From: Candidatus Zhuqueibacterota bacterium
GTDB taxonomy: Bacteria > Zhuqueibacterota > Zhuqueibacteria > Thermofontimicrobiales > Thermofontimicrobiaceae
Reading direction: 5' to 3'
Length of the DNA stretch: 64,000 nt
Assembly: GCA_049322915.1 (NCBI GenBank)
Contig: JBMOPW010000013.1
Span: forward strand, 1-64,000
The notes beneath the pieces are model-generated. The model was not told the origin of the DNA. It saw nothing but the letters and a program-made list of their open reading frames with translations, and did no database searches. This document shows positions 59,174 through 64,000 of the stretch, in pieces (the first letter of the stretch is position 1; the number at the start of each line of letters is the position of its first letter). A program made the position numbers and the translations under genes.

Positions 59174-60572
59174 ATTTAAAATCTTCTTTCAGGATTCCGT
59201 AGCGATGCATCAGTTTATTCAATTGCCTCTCTCCAATCCCGGCTTCTTTGGCGGTGAGATTGATTTTTCCATGATGCCGGGTGAGGAGGTCGATTATATA
59301 TTGTTTCTCCACCCGGTCGATTTCGCGCTGCCGAACCTGTGTCAAAGTCAATGTGCTTTCAGCAGCCATCACTTTGCTCTTCTTCTTGCCATTTTTGAAT
59401 AGCTCAGCCGGGAAGCTTTTCGGCATCAGAATAGAGGACGACTCCAAAATATAGGCGCGCTCGATTAAATTTTCCAGTTCCCGGATATTGCCGGGCCAGG
59501 CGTAACATTGAAACGCCTCCAGCACATCGGGATGAACGTCGTTGATGTGCTTGGCATTGGCTTTATTGAGTCGCTTCAAAAAATTTTCGACCAGGATGGG
59601 AATATCTTCAATCCGCTGCTCAAGCCGTGGCAGTTCGATGGGGAAAACATTGAGCCGATAAAACAGATCGTTTCTGAAGGTGCTCAATTCGACCATTTTC
59701 TGCAAATCGGAATTTGTGGCCGCCAGAATTCGGACGTCGGCTTTGATGACATTCTCTCCGCCCACTCGCTGAAATGTCCTATCCTGCAACACCTGCAGGA
59801 GCGCAATTTGCATCGAGGAGGAGATGGTGCCGATCTCATCCAGAAAAATGGTCCCGCCATGGGCTATTTCAAACTTGCCAAGCTTGCGTCGGATCGCTCC
59901 GGTGAAAGCGCCTTTCTCGTGGCCAAACAGCTCGCTCTCCAGCAATGACTCGATAATGCCGCCGCAATGAACGCTGATGTATTGCTTCTCACTGCGCTTG
60001 CTGTGCTGATGCAACAATCCGGCAATGACGCTTTTGCCTGTTCCTGTTTCGCCTGTGATCAATACTGTGCTTTCGGTCGGAGCGACCGCCCGAATTTTTG
60101 AAAATACTTCTTTCATCAGCGGGCTGTTGGAACGAAGCACGGATAAATACTCGCTGCGCCAGAACCGATCGCGCAGATAATTGAGCTCGGAATTCATGCG
60201 CGAGTATTCCTGAAGGCTATCCACGATGTATTTGATCTCATCTGGATTGAGGGGGTACATCAGGTAATTGCTGGCGCCGGCCTTCACGGCATTGACCGTG
60301 TCGCGAACCATTTGCGGCGTTGAGAGCACGATAATATCCACATCCGAGGTGCCTCGCCAGAATGGCAAAAACTGGACTTTGTAGTCCACGTCGCTCTTCG
60401 AGTTCTTCAATATCTCGATATCAATGAAAAGAAACTCATATCGCTTTTTAGAAAATAATTCTTCGCCGGCCTCAAGTGTCTGCGCGTAATCGATTTTATA
60501 TCCGGATTCAAAACATTTCTGGATAGTCTCCACTGCTTCCTGATTTGTTGTGGTGACGAGTATACTTTTCAT
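59172..60572 (-). CDS. sigma54-dependent transcriptional activator (NtrC-like) with atypical receiver
   Basis: GETGTGKS, ESELFGHEKGAFTGA, FLDEIG, WPGNIREL and a C-terminal Fis HTH. Confidence 0.93.
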   Translation of the reverse strand: MKSILVTTTNQEAVETIQKCFESGYKIDYAQTLEAGEELFSKKRYEFLFIDIEILKNSKSDVDYKVQFLPFWRGTSDVDIIVLSTPQMVRDTVNAVKAGASNYLMYPLNPDEIKYIVDSLQEYSRMNSELNYLRDRFWRSEYLSVLRSNSPLMKEVFSKIRAVAPTESTVLITGETGTGKSVIAGLLHQHSKRSEKQYISVHCGGIIESLLESELFGHEKGAFTGAIRRKLGKFEIAHGGTIFLDEIGTISSSMQIALLQVLQDRTFQRVGGENVIKADVRILAATNSDLQKMVELSTFRNDLFYRLNVFPIELPRLEQRIEDIPILVENFLKRLNKANAKHINDVHPDVLEAFQCYAWPGNIRELENLIERAYILESSSILMPKSFPAELFKNGKKKSKVMAAESTLTLTQVRQREIDRVEKQYIIDLLTRHHGKINLTAKEAGIGERQLNKLMHRYGILKEDFK

Positions 60573-60573
60573 C

Positions 60574-61488
60574 TCAGCCTTTGATTTTGTGTTGGACATA
60601 ATCAACAATATGGTTCACAATATGATTAACCACGGGTTCCGGCACACCATCCCGGTGGCTCGATTTCAATCGCATGTCGCAGATTTCGTTCACATAATCA
60701 ATCACAATAAATTTCCCATATTGATCGACTGCGATTTCAGTGGAAAAAAAGTTCAACTTGATTATCCTGGATATTTGCTCAACAATATGGAAGAGACTCT
60801 CCAACTGATACATTCTTACGGACTCCTGGCTCAGGACTTCGTAGATGTGGGTTGAATCATCCCACCAACAGCACTCGATATATCCGCAGCAATAGAACAC
60901 CCGAAACCAGAATCGTTTCTCATCCTTTTCGACCGGGTTTACCTTTTCCTGCAGCAGATATTTATCGGTCTCGTAGACCTGTCTGGCAATGAGAACGTCG
61001 TGCAGCGTCTCAGCGCCATTGACCACACCGATACCGCCGCCGGTGGTATTTGCTGGTTTAATGATGAACGGCCGCCCCAGATTTGCCAGATCTGCGATGG
61101 ATAATAAGACGTTTTTCGTTTTATTGAATGGCGGAATGATGATGGTGTGCGGCGTGACCAATCCATGTGCGATAAATTCCAAATGCATGGTCGCCTTATC
61201 AGACGCCCACTTCAATTGTTCCCATGAATCCAATACCGGCACGTGGTGATTCAGCATCAGTGTGTGGAGCTCCAGGAATTCCGTGGACGAATCAGAACCC
61301 CGATCATAAAAGAAGTGAAACTGCACCTCTCCCTTGCGAACTCGCTCAATGGTCTCCTGAAGATTAAACGCCTCCACCAGAAAGGTTGTCATGTTATATT
61401 TTTCATGGGCTGCGCGTTCAATCATGTGAATAAATTCTTTGTCATATTCCCAGTCGGTTGCCACACAAAAATCATAACACTGCGTCAT
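60574..61488 (-). CDS. uncharacterised ATP-grasp fold protein
   Basis: DKA.MH, PFIIKPA..GGG.GV, YLLQEKV, FSTEIA and IDYVN. Confidence 0.7.
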   Translation of the reverse strand: MTQCYDFCVATDWEYDKEFIHMIERAAHEKYNMTTFLVEAFNLQETIERVRKGEVQFHFFYDRGSDSSTEFLELHTLMLNHHVPVLDSWEQLKWASDKATMHLEFIAHGLVTPHTIIIPPFNKTKNVLLSIADLANLGRPFIIKPANTTGGGIGVVNGAETLHDVLIARQVYETDKYLLQEKVNPVEKDEKRFWFRVFYCCGYIECCWWDDSTHIYEVLSQESVRMYQLESLFHIVEQISRIIKLNFFSTEIAVDQYGKFIVIDYVNEICDMRLKSSHRDGVPEPVVNHIVNHIVDYVQHKIKG

Positions 61489-61783
61489 TCTTCACCTGTA
61501 GCTTTCTCCCCTCTGCTTTCCGTAAGGCATTTCCTTTGCATGATTTATTCATCACCGCAGAACCGCGTTCGCCTCCGCAATAAAATGAACTCCTCCTGAA
61601 TCTTCGAACATTGAGTCTGTTTCAAAAGGGACAGTCGTGAACATGATATCGGACTGATAACCGCTGGAATGGTCCGAGTGCAATTCTGATTTTTCATTGA
61701 TTTTTCTAACACGGCGGATAATAACATGCGCCATCCTTTTTTTTGCCGGACGTTCTTGCAGTGTTTTCAGTGAGGCCGGGCGC

Positions 61784-62851
61784 CTAAAGCCATCGCTTTC
61801 TCTGAAAGTAGAGCAGCATGATTCCGGCGATGATGGCCATAATCAGCACAATAAGCGGATAACCCATGTGCCACTTCAATTCTGGCATGAAATTAAAATT
61901 CATCCCATAGATGCCAGCGATAAATGTGAGCGGAATGAAGATCGTGGAAATAATCGTCAGCACTTTCATAATTTCATTCATTCGGTTGCTGTTCACAGAA
62001 AGGTACATTTCCAGCAGCCCGGCTGCAATATCCCGATAACTCTCAATTGTATCAATGGCCTGAATCGTATGGTCGTAAACATCCCGGAAGTAGGGGATGG
62101 TTGTTGTATGAAACAATTTGGATTCTGACCGTTCCAGCCCGCCAACAACTTCTCTCAATGGCCAGATGGACTTGCGCAACGATATTAGTTTTCGCTTCAA
62201 CGTATGAATACTGTGCAATGTCTCGGACGTGGGCTGCTCCACCAGCTCTGCCTCCAACACCTCGATGTAATCGCCAAGCTTTTCCAGGATGACGAAATAA
62301 TTGTCTACCACCGCGTCGATCAGGGAATAGGCTAAATAATCGGATTTGCTCTGCCGAATGCGCGAATGGCCAACCCGTATCCTCTCGCGCACTGGATCGA
62401 ACTCATCGCCTTCCCGCTCCTGAAACGTGATGACAAAATCTTTACCCACGATCAGACTGAGTTGCTCGTCGATAATTTCATTTCTAAGCTCGTCGTACAG
62501 CAACATTTTCAGCACGACGTACATGTAAGTACCGAGGTCCTCGAATTTCGGGCGCTGACCGGTATGAAGAATGTCTTCCAGGATGAGCGGATGGATTTCA
62601 AATTTTTTCCCGAGTTTGTCCACAATGCTGACATCGTGGAGGCCATCGATGTTGATCCATGTCAGACTGGGCTTTTCATGATACGGGTAACAGTCCTCTA
62701 CGCGCTCGACTTCCTTTTCCTCGAGATTCGTTTCATCGAAATCGAAAACAGAAATACGGGTCTTCTCGGTCTTTTTTTCGCCCACGTGGATGAGCGTCCC
62801 CGGCGGAAGTCCCACTTTTCGGGACGCTTCTTTCATGTATCTCGTTGCCAT
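61784..62851 (-). CDS. corA: magnesium/cobalt transporter CorA
   Basis: GLPPGTL, HPLILEDI..QRPK and YGMNF..MPEL. Confidence 0.95.
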   Translation of the reverse strand: MATRYMKEASRKVGLPPGTLIHVGEKKTEKTRISVFDFDETNLEEKEVERVEDCYPYHEKPSLTWINIDGLHDVSIVDKLGKKFEIHPLILEDILHTGQRPKFEDLGTYMYVVLKMLLYDELRNEIIDEQLSLIVGKDFVITFQEREGDEFDPVRERIRVGHSRIRQSKSDYLAYSLIDAVVDNYFVILEKLGDYIEVLEAELVEQPTSETLHSIHTLKRKLISLRKSIWPLREVVGGLERSESKLFHTTTIPYFRDVYDHTIQAIDTIESYRDIAAGLLEMYLSVNSNRMNEIMKVLTIISTIFIPLTFIAGIYGMNFNFMPELKWHMGYPLIVLIMAIIAGIMLLYFQRKRWL

Positions 62852-62976
62852 ACGTCTCCAATTTGATGGCAATACTGATTCGGGTGAATTCTGTCAATGC
62901 TCTGTCCGCACGACGCTCGCATGAATATTCAATTGTGACAAGCGGCGAATGAACCTGGCGGCGCCGAATAATGGCT

Positions 62977-63168
62977 TCACCTTTTCTTCGATTTTGCCGC
63001 AATGTAGCCCAGGATGAATCCAATGATTAAAATCATCGGGATGAAAATAATGCGGGACATGGTTAAATCCCAGAGCAAGAACCGCAACGTCACCACACTG
63101 ATATTTTGAATGACGATGATCAGTATCAGCGCGATGAGCACCAGAGCGAGCACCATTTTTGCTTTCAA
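62977..63168 (-). CDS. LapA-like small membrane protein
   Basis: two TM helices with QN..V..FL.W motif; TTG start after GGAGGG. Confidence 0.7.
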   Translation of the reverse strand: MKAKMVLALVLIALILIIVIQNISVVTLRFLLWDLTMSRIIFIPMILIIGFILGYIAAKSKKR

Positions 63169-63198
63169 ACTTTCCCTCCGTGTCTCGTTTGTGAACCA

Positions 63199-63885
63199 TC
63201 ACTTTTCTGATTCATTTTTTTTGCTGATGGTGTGGATTTCAACACCGACAGCGCTTATCTCCTGGCCGATTTTATCGGAAGTCCTGGCTATTCCACTTTT
63301 CAGTCGACTCGCCAGATCGCGGGAATTCTGAATCAGGCGCTCGAATCCCGATTCCACGCGATCCCCGGCCCATCTGGCGGCATGCTTCAGATTATCGGAC
63401 GTCTCTTCCAACTCCTGCCCGGCCTGCGCGTAATTTTTCTGAGCCCAGGATTGCACCGCTTTTTTCTGGTACATAGTTGAGAAATACAGGTACACATTCG
63501 CAAATGATTTTCTCAAACGATTGATGCTTGTAATAGTTCCATTTTCGATGTCGTCGGCCAGGCGGGACAGACCTTCGCGCGTGGCTTGCAGCGCTTCCAC
63601 CTCCTCCGGAATAAGCTGCACTGATGGCTTCAACGCTAGAGCGCTTTTTCGAATCTCCTCCGCAGCTGATTTTCTGTCCCCGGCTTCGAACCGGGCTTCG
63701 GCCTGCAGGAAATGTTGTTCCATCGTATCGGCGCTGGCAGGTGTGGCCGGTGCTGTTACGGAATCAGGAGAATGCATCGTCTCCTGTGGCAGTTCAGAAT
63801 TGTTCAGCCGAAACAGGACAATTACCAGGACAATGATGACTATCGTCAGGATCAGCGCGCGTCGCGACGATTTTCTTTCACTCAT
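63199..63885 (-). CDS. membrane-anchored helical hypothetical protein (YfdX-like pattern, tentative)
   Basis: N-terminal TM anchor; helical A..A...L repeats; AAGGAG RBS. Confidence 0.6.
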   Translation of the reverse strand: MSERKSSRRALILTIVIIVLVIVLFRLNNSELPQETMHSPDSVTAPATPASADTMEQHFLQAEARFEAGDRKSAAEEIRKSALALKPSVQLIPEEVEALQATREGLSRLADDIENGTITSINRLRKSFANVYLYFSTMYQKKAVQSWAQKNYAQAGQELEETSDNLKHAARWAGDRVESGFERLIQNSRDLASRLKSGIARTSDKIGQEISAVGVEIHTISKKNESEK

Positions 63886-64000
63886 AAATCTCTCCTTTCG
63901 ACCTTAACCCCGAGCTATCGGCGGTGATCCCGCACCATCCATCGCTGCAACAACGTCCCAATCTTCATTTCATCCCGTCGCCCCGCTTCGAATCTCACTC

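Noticed and set aside
61545..61734. small ORFs between corA and the ATP-grasp gene
   Set aside because: 60 aa, overlapping alternatives, and no recognisable features.
1..64000. CRISPR array, tRNA/rRNA, prophage or defence island
   Set aside because: No regularly spaced repeats, cloverleafs or phage genes were seen; the PglZ domain is PorX-type with no BREX genes.

Overview
Chromosomal window of an ~52% GC bacterium. An FCB-group lineage such as KSB1/Calditrichota is inferred from the porX-tsaE linkage and the TTGAC-N16/17-TATWTT promoters; this is not proven. About 48 CDS; no rRNA, tRNA, CRISPR array, prophage or intact transposase was seen. 0-20 kb: hydrolases, two six-hairpin glycosidases, a lipid kinase/CPBP/PAP2 operon, an ECF sigma/zinc anti-sigma/VIT-vWA module with a shared promoter motif, and a NatAB-like ABC exporter fused to a CPBP protease. 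20-47 kb: class II RNR (nrdJ) with tandem NrdR boxes, a GH13 amylase, the housekeeping run porX-like/tsaE/tsaB/rimI/accD/surE/guaA/glmS, YjbH-like pair, SPOR, DUF362, nitroreductase, Nif3 and a REC-PAS-GAF-GAF protein with no output domain. 47.6-63.9 kb is the best candidate for an undescribed system: a co-oriented, osmoadaptation-like island. Its core is a sigma54-promoter operon of two non-Ddl ATP-grasp ligases, a GNAT and a lysine-2,3-aminomutase-type KamA. Upstream lie an atypical-receiver sigma54 activator and a third ATP-grasp protein. Downstream lie DUF1611 + enolase-family epimerase, DUF5698/2179, DUF432, MscS and a glycosylglycerate-synthase-like glycosyltransferase. Intergenic DNA holds two copies of a 161-bp MITE with TIRs and 4-bp target duplications, plus other small palindromic repeat families. 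Family assignments come from motif recognition, not database searches.
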